This document shows positions 17,448 through 25,646 of a DNA stretch of 32,514 bases, one piece after another. This DNA comes from a virus. Taxonomy: Duplodnaviria > Caudoviricetes. How positions within the stretch are numbered: the first letter of the stretch is position 1; each line of letters starts with the position of its first letter. The notes below the pieces were generated by a model that ran no database searches, was not told the origin of the DNA, and saw nothing but the letters and a program-made list of their open reading frames with translations. Location of the stretch: positions 1 through 32,514 of the IMG/VR virus record IMGVR_UViG_3300020043_002646. One strand, written 5' to 3'. The position numbers and the translations under genes were made by a program.

Positions 17448-18144
17448 TACCTCTCATCCACTTGCCACAGTCTCGACACTGGAACCGTTGATAGGTGTGG
17501 GTTACCGTTCGAGTGACACCACGCTTCTCAAGGTTGGTAGATGCACAGTTGGTGCAACCATCTTCTACGCCTTCGTGTAGTCCTGCGTGTGGGTGGTTCT
17601 TAATCCAAGGCTTCAGAATTTCATAAAGGTCAATCAGCAGGTTTACATCCTGAATCTGATATTCCTTCATCTCTTTCCACGCCTTCTTGTCACCGGCCAT
17701 GCACTGAGTCCACAACTCGAAGCCAGAGTGCTTAACCTTGGCTCCCACGCCCAACTTCTGTGAGACGTAATCTAGCTTGTTCGATGGAAATTTAAACTGA
17801 GATTTGACGACTCGCATGAGGTCGAGTTCTTTGTAAGGTGATGGTGGTAGGTAGCCGTTCTCCACGAACTCTCGCTTAATATGCTTCGAGTCAAACGCTT
17901 GAGAGTTCCAACCAACCAGAACGTCAGCTTCTTCCATGAGTTCATGTAGTGCATCTAACATCCCCTTCTTGCCATCGTGGTGGACTGACTTGAAGATTAC
18001 CTTCTTGGTTCCTGCCCATCGAGCACCAAAGCAGATAACTTCAGTTGACTCAACCATCTGAGTAATTGCTACGTTCTGTTGCCATAAGCCCCAGACATAT
18101 GCTAGGTTCGGACTTGTTTCCAAGTCTAGAAATAGAATCTTCAT
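17410..18144 (-). CDS. DEDD (DnaQ/RNase H-like) 3'-5' exonuclease with C-terminal zinc ribbon
   Basis: LDLET, GWNSQAFD, YQIQD; CTNC...CRDCG. Confidence 0.85.
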   Translation of the reverse strand: MKILFLDLETSPNLAYVWGLWQQNVAITQMVESTEVICFGARWAGTKKVIFKSVHHDGKKGMLDALHELMEEADVLVGWNSQAFDSKHIKREFVENGYLPPSPYKELDLMRVVKSQFKFPSNKLDYVSQKLGVGAKVKHSGFELWTQCMAGDKKAWKEMKEYQIQDVNLLIDLYEILKPWIKNHPHAGLHEGVEDGCTNCASTNLEKRGVTRTVTHTYQRFQCRDCGKWMRGNESIEKTNYRSI

Positions 18145-18588
18145 TTAATCCCTCCATCCAAGTTCGAGTATTCCTTTATGTTTATTGTTTCTCAAGTATA
18201 TCACAAGATGCCTCACAGCATCATTTAGGTGAGGCTTGCCTGGCGTATACGTCTCAAGCCTCATTAGCCTCATGTCGGTCACCAGTGGCTTGAGCTTAGG
18301 TTCCTGATAGATAATCTCAGTGGTCGGATACAAAGCCTCTCGCGCACCAATGATGTACACTGGAGACAGGTCTGCCCCGTAGATTCCCTCGCGAAGAGTG
18401 AAAGACTCACAGATAATTTTGTCAATCGGATAGTCCTCTAATACATCCCAGTGAAAGTCTAGGAAGCCTTTGAGGCTACCAGCAATCTGGCCCTCTCGAA
18501 CTTTTGCAATGTAACTACCGTCATCAGCTATATCCCACAGTGCGTAGCCTGTCGTGCCACCAGGGTCAAGACTCAATACTAATGCCAT
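18145..18588 (-). CDS. RuvC-like Holliday junction resolvase
   Basis: LSLDPGGTTGYA, IICESF, HLNDA; GAGGAGG RBS. Confidence 0.75.
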   Translation of the reverse strand: MALVLSLDPGGTTGYALWDIADDGSYIAKVREGQIAGSLKGFLDFHWDVLEDYPIDKIICESFTLREGIYGADLSPVYIIGAREALYPTTEIIYQEPKLKPLVTDMRLMRLETYTPGKPHLNDAVRHLVIYLRNNKHKGILELGWRD

Positions 18589-18787
18589 AAGACTGCCCCT
18601 CCTCTGTGAATCGCTCATACGGTGTCTTCATGCTCTCTTTGAATTCGTGAATCATTTTCCACTGGTGACACTGCTTTGCGAGTGCGTCAACCGAACCACT
18701 AGCGTACCTGTCAGCGTGAAAGTCGAGTGCTTCCTTGTTGAATTTTACTTCATCGAATTTTGCTTTGCGACTCTTTAGGTCAGCCAT
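18566..18787 (-). CDS. Hypothetical protein
   Basis: GGAGG RBS; tiles with neighbours. Confidence 0.6.
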   Translation of the reverse strand: MADLKSRKAKFDEVKFNKEALDFHADRYASGSVDALAKQCHQWKMIHEFKESMKTPYERFTEEGQSYGISIES

Positions 18788-18999
18788 TGATTCCTCCATT
18801 TACTTGGTGCGTGGTTATCTTCGACGTACAGTCTGTCGTCGGGGTGCTCGTATAGTCTAACTATGTGGATACATGGCTCGCCATCTTCCCATTCATCATC
18901 TTCTTCACGAGTTGTAGGTAGTCCGTCATGCGTGTAACACACAGGAGGGCCAGCCCAGCTATTCTTGATGCCTATTTCAATCCATTCATCAAAGTTCAT
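18775..18999 (-). CDS. Hypothetical protein
   Basis: ATGA overlap, AAGGAG RBS; CYTHDG...PCIHIVR. Confidence 0.7.
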   Translation of the reverse strand: MNFDEWIEIGIKNSWAGPPVCYTHDGLPTTREEDDEWEDGEPCIHIVRLYEHPDDRLYVEDNHAPSKWRNQWLT

Positions 19000-19397
19000 C
19001 TCATCTCCTTTATTTTCTTACTAATAGTGCCTTGATTAACGCCAGTGAGTTTTTCCACCATGCCTTGAGACGTTCCTTGCCCAACTGCGTCAGCGATAAG
19101 TCTGAAATCAGTAGCAGAATCAGCCCTGTTAATAAGGATAGTACGGAGAATATCAAGAGTTCCAACATTCAGTTTGCCTCCTGTCTTGTTGTTTTTGCCA
19201 ATCAGCTTGCTGATTGTCGAGTGCTGGATTGCACCGTTTGTAATTGCAGACAACTGCCTGCTGGAGAATATCTCAAGTTTACCAATGCGAATAATCGCTT
19301 CAATAATCTCTGACTTCTCCAGCGAGGCAATGTTGTCTCGAAGCCAGATGGCTTCATTTAGAGCCTGAGCAACACGCATTTCCTGTGCTCTATCCAT
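18996..19397 (-). CDS. Tandem helix-turn-helix DNA-binding protein
   Basis: FSSRQLSAIT..IQHSTISK and TSQGMVEKLTGVNQGTISK. Confidence 0.6.
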   Translation of the reverse strand: MDRAQEMRVAQALNEAIWLRDNIASLEKSEIIEAIIRIGKLEIFSSRQLSAITNGAIQHSTISKLIGKNNKTGGKLNVGTLDILRTILINRADSATDFRLIADAVGQGTSQGMVEKLTGVNQGTISKKIKEMR

Positions 19398-21591
19398 TTG
19401 AAACCACCTCCAAATAACGCTTCTGATTTTCTGTTACTTCATGTACACGAGCCTGAGAGTTAAGTGCTTCCACCATCTCATCAAACTCACGCTTACGCTT
19501 GTTGCTGAACTTCTTGTAGCACTCCTCGTAACGAACACGACCACCCTTCTCCACGATAAACGCTTCAAGACGGTCAACGTCACGTTGCCACTCAGACGCT
19601 GAGATTGCTCCAGCCATCTGAACTAGGTTCCAGAACCAGTCTTCAGAGTACATGATAGCTGTCAGCAAGTGACGCTCCTGTACCTCTTCTGACTTCTCGA
19701 ACATAGCAAGTAGAACTGCACACTTCCAAACAGACAGTGATAGACGCTGGCGTGATGGCTCGATAGATTCCTTTTCAGGATGATTCTCGGCCCAGTTACC
19801 CATTTCCCATTTGTACTGATTGAAACGCTCTAGCGCTCGCTGGCTTAGTCGAACAGGTCGAGGACTCGGCCCACCCTTCTTCTGCCAGAACATAACGCTA
19901 TCTGACAAGTCCTTCATCATCTTCTCAAGAACTTCGTCACGAACAACTACCTCGTACTCGTCAGCCTGTTGGATATCTTCTGATTCCTTGGTGCGTGGTG
20001 GAGTAGGTGCTGTAACATAAATGAAACGTGCCAAGAAACCGCTTCGGAAGTATTCAGTGGTTAGCACGTCAGCAGTCTTGCTCGTGATACCCATTAGATA
20101 CATAATGAAGTTAGTTTCGGCTCGCTCCGTCTGTGTCTTGCCCTTTGACGAACGAATCGTCACAGGAACATGACCATCATACAACTCAGTAAAGCGTTCA
20201 GCTGCTGATGCCATATAGGTCTTGTTGATAAAGTCCTTAAACATACCCTGGACTTCATCTCGATGAAGGAGTGATGTCTGCTTGTCACGCTCTCCGAGGA
20301 TTGCGGTCAAGCCTTCTGGTGTAGCATCTGAACCAATGTCAATCTGGTATCCAGAGAACTTCTCATACTGGCGCACAGCACGAAGCATGAGGTTTCTAGA
20401 GGTTGACTTACGAGTCAGAGTTGTTTCACCAAGGACCATGAACCAGAGGTTCAAGCCCATCTTACCGAACTTAGGCACAGCATAGCCAATATCTGAGAAC
20501 ACACAAGATAGTAGAGTCCATGCTGAAGCGTTCTGGTACGCAATCGCACCATCGGTCTTCGACATAGCCCAGTCTCGATATTCGTCGATAAAGTTTCTGT
20601 GCTCTAACACTGTTAGGCGTTCAGAGTCCGTTAGGAACTTTGGCTTAGTGAATGTTTCGGTAGGAGTAATGTCGGTCAGGTCAATCGGAACAAGTGAAGT
20701 TCCGGCTGGCTCCTGACCATAAGATGCAGCTGCTCGCTGAACCTCACGCCACAGGTCGCCATCTGCGTCTAGGCGCTTTGGGCGCATAGGTGAGTGGTAT
20801 TTGTTGCACTTGGCATTACGAGCGATTACAAAGACTTCTTCAGGTGTGAGGCCCTGCTTGAAAAGCAGCATCTCAAGTTTCCAAAGAAGCACAGAGAGGT
20901 CTGCACTGAGCGATGGCTGGTCCATGTACAATCCGATAATCTCTGGATTGCTCTGAATCTTAGCCATAACATCCATGACAGATGGCCATTGCTCAGGTAG
21001 TGGCTCTAGTGACAACTCACGAATAGGCTCGACTTCTACGTCTTCATAGTGAAGTAGCAGGTCGTCGAGGGAGTAGATTGCGCCAGACGTTGTTGCTGTG
21101 ATAGCGTAATCTACTCCCTGCTTGCGATTCATCGTGTTAGGAATACGGAGTAGTTTTGTGGTATTCCATCCAGACTTGTCGCAACCTTGGTGCGAGTGTG
21201 CATATGCAATCTTTTTGGATAGGAGTGCTGCAACCTGTGGGTCAACCTCGGAGTCTAGCATCCAGTAAGTGTGCCAACGACCTTCGGAAGTTTGCACAGA
21301 GATAGATGGTTCTACGAGGAAGTTTTCTGGTGCACAGAAGTCAGCATCGGCATAGATGACGTGAACGGTCTTTGCGTTCTCTTTGATGCGACGTGGTGCA
21401 TTGAATAGGATAGGTGAAAAGTAAACGTCTTCAGACTGGTGCTGAATGACGTGGCTTACCATAGCATCACGCTGGTCAGGGTAGTTGTAGAACTGTTGCT
21501 CTGTTAGTTCACCGCTTGCACCTCGTGTGACGATGGTTGCCAGACCTTTGGCATCTCCATAAATAGCGCTTAGAAAGTCGCTGGTCTTCAT
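19390..21591 (-). CDS. Primase-helicase: RepB'-type AEP primase plus DUF3987-like ATPase
   Basis: VYFSP, YADAD, QTSEGRWHTYW, LLRIPNTMN; C-terminal RKST, TPEGL, RDE, SGFLARF. Confidence 0.85.
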   Translation of the reverse strand: MKTSDFLSAIYGDAKGLATIVTRGASGELTEQQFYNYPDQRDAMVSHVIQHQSEDVYFSPILFNAPRRIKENAKTVHVIYADADFCAPENFLVEPSISVQTSEGRWHTYWMLDSEVDPQVAALLSKKIAYAHSHQGCDKSGWNTTKLLRIPNTMNRKQGVDYAITATTSGAIYSLDDLLLHYEDVEVEPIRELSLEPLPEQWPSVMDVMAKIQSNPEIIGLYMDQPSLSADLSVLLWKLEMLLFKQGLTPEEVFVIARNAKCNKYHSPMRPKRLDADGDLWREVQRAAASYGQEPAGTSLVPIDLTDITPTETFTKPKFLTDSERLTVLEHRNFIDEYRDWAMSKTDGAIAYQNASAWTLLSCVFSDIGYAVPKFGKMGLNLWFMVLGETTLTRKSTSRNLMLRAVRQYEKFSGYQIDIGSDATPEGLTAILGERDKQTSLLHRDEVQGMFKDFINKTYMASAAERFTELYDGHVPVTIRSSKGKTQTERAETNFIMYLMGITSKTADVLTTEYFRSGFLARFIYVTAPTPPRTKESEDIQQADEYEVVVRDEVLEKMMKDLSDSVMFWQKKGGPSPRPVRLSQRALERFNQYKWEMGNWAENHPEKESIEPSRQRLSLSVWKCAVLLAMFEKSEEVQERHLLTAIMYSEDWFWNLVQMAGAISASEWQRDVDRLEAFIVEKGGRVRYEECYKKFSNKRKREFDEMVEALNSQARVHEVTENQKRYLEVVSNG

Positions 21592-21621
21592 ATATCCTCC
21601 TTAGTTTAGTATCTCTCCTTG

Positions 21622-21694
21622 CTCCCTGCGCTGGACTCGAACCAACGACATTTCGGTTAACAGCCGAACACTGTACCAACTGAGTTAGCAGGGA
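21622..21694 (-). tRNA. tRNA-Asn(GTT), CCA not encoded
   Basis: Acceptor TCCCTGC/GCAGGGA; anticodon arm TTCGG-CTGTTAA-CCGAA; T arm GTTGG-TTCGAGT-CCAGC. Confidence 0.92.
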
Positions 21695-21697
21695 ATT

Positions 21698-21790
21698 GCA
21701 TAGAGGTTGACTACTGCCTATGCTCAGTCTGGGTAGCGAACCCACTAGCCGCCTCTGGCGATTGTCTAGAATCATCCAGATAGTGTCTAG
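21698..21790 (-). ncRNA. Structured intergenic element with three hairpins
   Basis: CTAG..CTGGATGATT/AATCGCCAG..CTAG; TGGGT-TCGCT-ACCCA; GCATAG/CTATGC. Confidence 0.4.
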
Positions 21791-21795
21791 GTCAG

Positions 21796-21870
21796 TGCCC
21801 CGGCTGAGAATCGAACTCAGACTACACACACAAAGGAGGAGAGAGAAAAGCGTGTAACTCCAGTAGGGGC
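21796..21870 (-). ncRNA. tRNA-like RNA with an anti-Shine-Dalgarno loop
   Basis: 75 nt; GCCCC/GGGGC-A acceptor-like end; T arm CTGAG-TTCGATT-CTCAG; stem TTACACG/TGTGTAG around CTTTTCTCTCTCCTCCTTTGTG; no D arm. Confidence 0.7.
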
Positions 21871-21873
21871 TTG

Positions 21874-21903
21874 TGAGACAGTTTTAAGTCATGTCTCAGG
21901 ACT
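21874..21903 (-). ncRNA. Compact H-type pseudoknot downstream of the SSB gene
   Basis: AGTC-C-TGAGACA-T-GACT-TAAAAC-TGTCTCA: S1 AGTC/GACT, S2 TGAGACA/TGTCTCA. Confidence 0.6.
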
Positions 21904-21917
21904 GCCCATTGGGACTT

Positions 21918-22403
21918 TTACCAGACGTTACCTGACGAGGCAACCGGAGTTGCGCCCACCGATGCCATCACTGCGTCAGCAGCACTGCCTGAGGTGGCTT
22001 TATCAAAGCCTGCTACCTCATTGCGGTCAGCGCCGTTCTGGTCTTTCCCCACCTTGACACGCACACCGATTGGCTTGCCTAGTAGGTCTTGAGCGTCTGG
22101 CACAGTGAATGTACCAGCTGCCATGTCAATACCAAGAGCAGAGAAGAACGCCTTGGTCTTCCAGAAGTCACCTGCTGCATACAACGCAACGTAACCAAAC
22201 ACACGACGGTTAGCGTATGGTGCATCTGACAGGCGGAACTGGATGTTAAAGCGAGGCTTACCCTCGTTTGGACCAGACTTCACGAACTCCTGCTTGATGT
22301 CGTAGATTGTAGCGTTGTAGCTACCCTCTGGAATCGGGGTGTAGTCTGATGATGCTGAAGCGTCTAGCGCCTCCTGTGAAATGTTGAACTGAATGTTGCT
22401 CAT
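21918..22403 (-). CDS. ssDNA-binding protein (DUF669-like)
   Basis: YTPIPEGSYNATI...KSGPNEGKP...LLGKPIGVRV...NEV; follows the AAA ATPase; aromatic C-terminus. Confidence 0.75.
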   Translation of the reverse strand: MSNIQFNISQEALDASASSDYTPIPEGSYNATIYDIKQEFVKSGPNEGKPRFNIQFRLSDAPYANRRVFGYVALYAAGDFWKTKAFFSALGIDMAAGTFTVPDAQDLLGKPIGVRVKVGKDQNGADRNEVAGFDKATSGSAADAVMASVGATPVASSGNVW

Positions 22404-23131
22404 TATTTGTTACCTCCTTGATTGATAGTGTCGATGATGCCCTTCATGGTTGGCTGGTAAATCTTCGGTGGCAAACCAAAGCGGTTCTTGGTTACCAATC
22501 GGTCAGACTGTCCAACGACCAGAACTCGCTGTGGACCTTCTTCAGTGTTTTCTACACCAAGATATCCAACGATGTCTGGAATTGAAGGGAGTGTGCTCTT
22601 GAATGAACCTGGAAGCATGGCTGTTGTCTTTACTGCGCCAGTGTTTTCATCCTTGTCATCAAGAGCGTGGGCAAGCAGGATGCTTACGAACGGTGCAGTG
22701 TGCAACGCTCGGAAGACCTCGTTAGCCCAGTTCTTTAGGTCGCCCCAGCGACCAAACTTGTTACTCTTATTCTCCGGCTTCTCACCAAAGAACTTCTCTG
22801 CTCGGTCCATCACAACACCGATGGTGTCAATGATTACCGTCTTATACTTGTGCTGGGTGTTTAACAAACCATCCATCACAGACTGGAACTGCTCGTGAGT
22901 TGTAATGTTGATTACGTCTACGTTCTTCCAGTCACGAGCGATAGCTGATGCGCCACCCTCTACGTCAATCAGTAGCACAGGGTTATATTCCTCGACTGCC
23001 GAGATTGATGCTGCAAGCCAAGTCTTACCTCGACCTGCGTCACCGTAAAGCAAGATGCTCTTCGGTGCGTTCAAGGCTTCTGCCTTGTGAATGAACTGAG
23101 CAAATGCTAGTTCGGGAAATTCTGAACTCAT
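22403..23131 (-). CDS. AAA_24/Sak4-like ATPase (recombinase)
   Basis: LLYGDAGRGKT, IDVEGG, KTVIIDT, DIVGYL, KNRF. Confidence 0.85.
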   Translation of the reverse strand: MSSEFPELAFAQFIHKAEALNAPKSILLYGDAGRGKTWLAASISAVEEYNPVLLIDVEGGASAIARDWKNVDVINITTHEQFQSVMDGLLNTQHKYKTVIIDTIGVVMDRAEKFFGEKPENKSNKFGRWGDLKNWANEVFRALHTAPFVSILLAHALDDKDENTGAVKTTAMLPGSFKSTLPSIPDIVGYLGVENTEEGPQRVLVVGQSDRLVTKNRFGLPPKIYQPTMKGIIDTINQGGNK

Positions 23132-23163
23132 TATTCCTCCTAAAGAATTGTTGTTGAGTAGAT

Positions 23164-23192
23164 ATTATAACACATATGATTCTTGTAGTCAA
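23164..23192 (-). promoter_or_regulatory. SigA-type promoter TTGACT-17-TATAAT for the replication/recombination operon
   Basis: Near consensus, 17-nt spacer, AGGAGG RBS downstream; CGACACGCCGA upstream at 23206-23216. Confidence 0.8.
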
Positions 23193-23216
23193 ATATGTTT
23201 ATTTATCGGCGTGTCG

Positions 23217-23918
23217 TTAAATGCCAACGGCACACTTGAAGCAGTGCTCGGTTGCGGTGTAGCTATCAGGATGAGCACCATCTTCTAGCTCGGCCCATAG
23301 ATTACTAACTCGATTCCATAACGCAAGCGCTATTTCCTCGCTGTAATCCACAGAGTAAGTCCAGATGTCATTGGCGTTAGTGCCATCTCGATTTAGAAAT
23401 ACCAAAGTAGTTCGGTCAATTGGGATGCCTGAGTTGTTTAGTCCCCAAGCGTATAACTGAGCCTGGCCGATATACTTCTTCAGCGTGTAGGCTGAGTCCG
23501 GATAGTTCTTCAGTCCGTCAGTTAAGTTCTGCATCTTCTTGACCTTAGCTCGGCTAGATGTTTTCCAGTCTAGCAAGTGACGTGCATTAGGTAGCACAAG
23601 GTCTGGCTTGCTTGATACATCGCCATAGCTTTTGATGTGACCTAATTCAATGTTCTGCTCCACGATTGCGCCATCAAGAAGACTGTCATTACTTTTCTCG
23701 ATAGCATCTTCAAGGAAACTGTGAATAGCCGTTCCAATCTTGCCACCCATCCAATACTTTTGCTCCGCTTCCGGAGTTCCAAGTAATGCGTGGGCCAAGT
23801 GTCTCGTGCATGGGTCTGAGATATTTGACGCTCCGACCTTGTGTTGTTTATCTCTTTCAGACTTCTGTAGAAATAGGTCTACAACCATCTGTTTTACTTG
23901 TGCATCAGATAACGTCAA
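23217..23918 (-). CDS. PD-(D/E)XK / Cas4-like exonuclease
   Basis: GASNISDPC, GTAIH, KPDL, LDWKT, QAQLYA, HCFKC; probable TTG start after GGAGG. Confidence 0.85.
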   Translation of the reverse strand: MTLSDAQVKQMVVDLFLQKSERDKQHKVGASNISDPCTRHLAHALLGTPEAEQKYWMGGKIGTAIHSFLEDAIEKSNDSLLDGAIVEQNIELGHIKSYGDVSSKPDLVLPNARHLLDWKTSSRAKVKKMQNLTDGLKNYPDSAYTLKKYIGQAQLYAWGLNNSGIPIDRTTLVFLNRDGTNANDIWTYSVDYSEEIALALWNRVSNLWAELEDGAHPDSYTATEHCFKCAVGI

Positions 23919-24393
23919 ATAAAACACTTCCTCCCTCATCCATAACAATTCCTCCCCAGATACCAGCATTGACTTCATTAAGCACAGCGAAGTCGTAGCA
24001 CTGCTTGATTAGTGGACATCCATAACACATCTCTTCTGCTTCATCAGCAGACTTGAATGATGAATAGTCAGCGTAATCTTCTGCTTTACCAAGGCAAGGT
24101 GTCTTGTTTTCTGCAAGTCCTGCCTGTAAATCATACCACGCTTTCTCTGCTTTGTCAAGCACTGGTATAGATTCAGATAGCTCAAACATCTGGATTTTAT
24201 CCTTGCGAGGTCGAGCAACTCCACCGTTCTTATCCTTGTTGCGCTGATACTTCTCTCTAGCATACTGCTTGCGACACTCACGACACACACGAGCGTTGTC
24301 GTATGCTCGGATGAATGTGTTATCGTCTGTGAACTCGTGACCCTTAGAGCAGTGTGTGCCTCTAGGTTTCTTTTTGAATTTGTAGTCTGTCAT
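23905..24393 (-). CDS. whiB: WhiB-family transcription factor with N-terminal zinc-finger-like domain
   Basis: PC...CYGCPLIKQC...GIWGG; N-terminal THCSKGH...CREC. Confidence 0.85.
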   Translation of the reverse strand: MTDYKFKKKPRGTHCSKGHEFTDDNTFIRAYDNARVCRECRKQYAREKYQRNKDKNGGVARPRKDKIQMFELSESIPVLDKAEKAWYDLQAGLAENKTPCLGKAEDYADYSSFKSADEAEEMCYGCPLIKQCYDFAVLNEVNAGIWGGIVMDEGGSVLFDVI

Positions 24394-24559
24394 ATTCCTC
24401 CTTGCGAGCCTGTCGCTTGTAGTCTTCGAGTAGTGCTGGTGTCATTACTAAATAGCCTTTGTAGGCTTGTGTAGCCTCGTTCCAGCCATCTTGATAACCT
24501 TGCTGATACTTGCGTTTAAATGTCCTCTGTAAGCGTTCTGCCCAGTCGGGCTTACTCAC
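24362..24559 (-). CDS. Hypothetical protein
   Basis: GTGA overlap with the upstream gene; YQQGYQDGW. Confidence 0.6.
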   Translation of the reverse strand: MSKPDWAERLQRTFKRKYQQGYQDGWNEATQAYKGYLVMTPALLEDYKRQARKEEYDRLQIQKET

Positions 24560-25095
24560 TTGTCACCCTTGAAAGCCAATCGCGTAATCTCTTCTGAAGC
24601 AAGTAGGACAGCAATTGGAGCAGAGGCAGTAATAACAACGCCCATCCAAGCGCGGTAATCGGCCAAAGACCCATCCCAATAAGCGATTGTGTGAGTAGCG
24701 TTAGCAAAGATAGATACCAAAGCGAAACCAGATAGCCCAAGTAGTGTCCTCCAAGTCGATTCACCACGAGCCTTAAACACGATAAGTGAGATAGTATATG
24801 CCAGAATTGCAGCATCGATAAATAATGCAGGTAGCCATTGAATGAACTTAGGAATACCAGTCCACGCTGACACCTCGTAGATGCCACTGAACGAAACAGC
24901 GAATGATGAGACCATCAAGATTGTGACAAGCACAACTGCCGTTCCAAGCACAGGGATAGAGTCAGGATTGATACGAGCAGTCTTCCGTCTTTCATTCATT
25001 TCCGGGTCTTCGGCTAGTTTTTTATATCCAGCTTCAATGTCGTTATCATTCACAACTGGGTAGTAATCAACTACCTTGTTATACTCCTGGGTCAT
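24556..25095 (-). CDS. DUF2637-like four-TM membrane protein
   Basis: SFAVSFSG, LPALFIDAAIL, VSIFANATH, APIAVLLASE. Confidence 0.75.
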   Translation of the reverse strand: MTQEYNKVVDYYPVVNDNDIEAGYKKLAEDPEMNERRKTARINPDSIPVLGTAVVLVTILMVSSFAVSFSGIYEVSAWTGIPKFIQWLPALFIDAAILAYTISLIVFKARGESTWRTLLGLSGFALVSIFANATHTIAYWDGSLADYRAWMGVVITASAPIAVLLASEEITRLAFKGDK

Positions 25096-25339
25096 CTTCA
25101 ATTACCTCCAATGGGTCAAATACAAAAGAATGGATTTTTACTAGCACCTCTGAGTAGTCGCTATCAAGCAACTCATCAAGGTTTAGCAAGTAGTCAGATA
25201 GCAGGTTTAGTCGCTTTCGTGCGTCTGTGTTTAGCTGTTCCTCAAGCCACTCTTCAGGCGAGCCTGTCGGTGGATGCATCCGCTTGTCTCGCAACCAGTC
25301 CATATATTCATTGATTGCTTGCACATTATTCTCGTTCAT
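25079..25339 (-). CDS. Hypothetical protein
   Basis: AAGGAG RBS before MNENNV. Confidence 0.6.
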   Translation of the reverse strand: MNENNVQAINEYMDWLRDKRMHPPTGSPEEWLEEQLNTDARKRLNLLSDYLLNLDELLDSDYSEVLVKIHSFVFDPLEVIEDDPGV

Positions 25340-25411
25340 TACTCTCCTTAAGTTCTCCGATTGCTGGCCAGTTATATTGCTCATCTAGCCACTGTTCATT
25401 CATCTTGCTCA

Positions 25412-25645
25412 TTAGTCCTCGTCGTAGTCGTAGGCGTGTGTTCTTACGCGAATGTAAGACTTTGCGTTAGGCTGTCCGTAAACCCTGTTGTTGCGGTTCA
25501 CAGCAGGCTTGCTGGTGGTAGCTGTGCTTGGCGAAGCAAAGAAACCGGCAAGCGGTGCTAGTGCTATCACGAATACTCCATAGGCAACAGGGCCAAGGAT
25601 AAGTGCCATACAAGTATATGTCACAATGTATTCCATAATCTCCAT
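25412..25645 (-). CDS. Small membrane protein
   Basis: Hydrophobic N-terminal half; GAGG RBS. Confidence 0.6.
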   Translation of the reverse strand: MEIMEYIVTYTCMALILGPVAYGVFVIALAPLAGFFASPSTATTSKPAVNRNNRVYGQPNAKSYIRVRTHAYDYDED

Positions 25646-25646
25646 A

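Noticed and set aside
21509-21829. 106-aa - strand ORF
   Set aside because: Overlaps tRNA-Asn, the structured RNAs and the primase start; no RBS; composition not protein-like.
21821-21857. Strong + strand SD (AAAGGAGG) as the start of a gene
   Set aside because: Followed only by GTG TAA, and it lies in a - strand operon. It is better explained as the complement of the ncRNA loop.
21796-21870. A second functional tRNA or an intron-containing tRNA
   Set aside because: No D arm, two acceptor mismatches and a 22-nt pyrimidine-rich loop with no definable anticodon.
23217-23918. Cas4-like nuclease as evidence of CRISPR-Cas
   Set aside because: No repeat-spacer array or other cas genes; it sits in the usual phage exonuclease-ATPase-SSB module.
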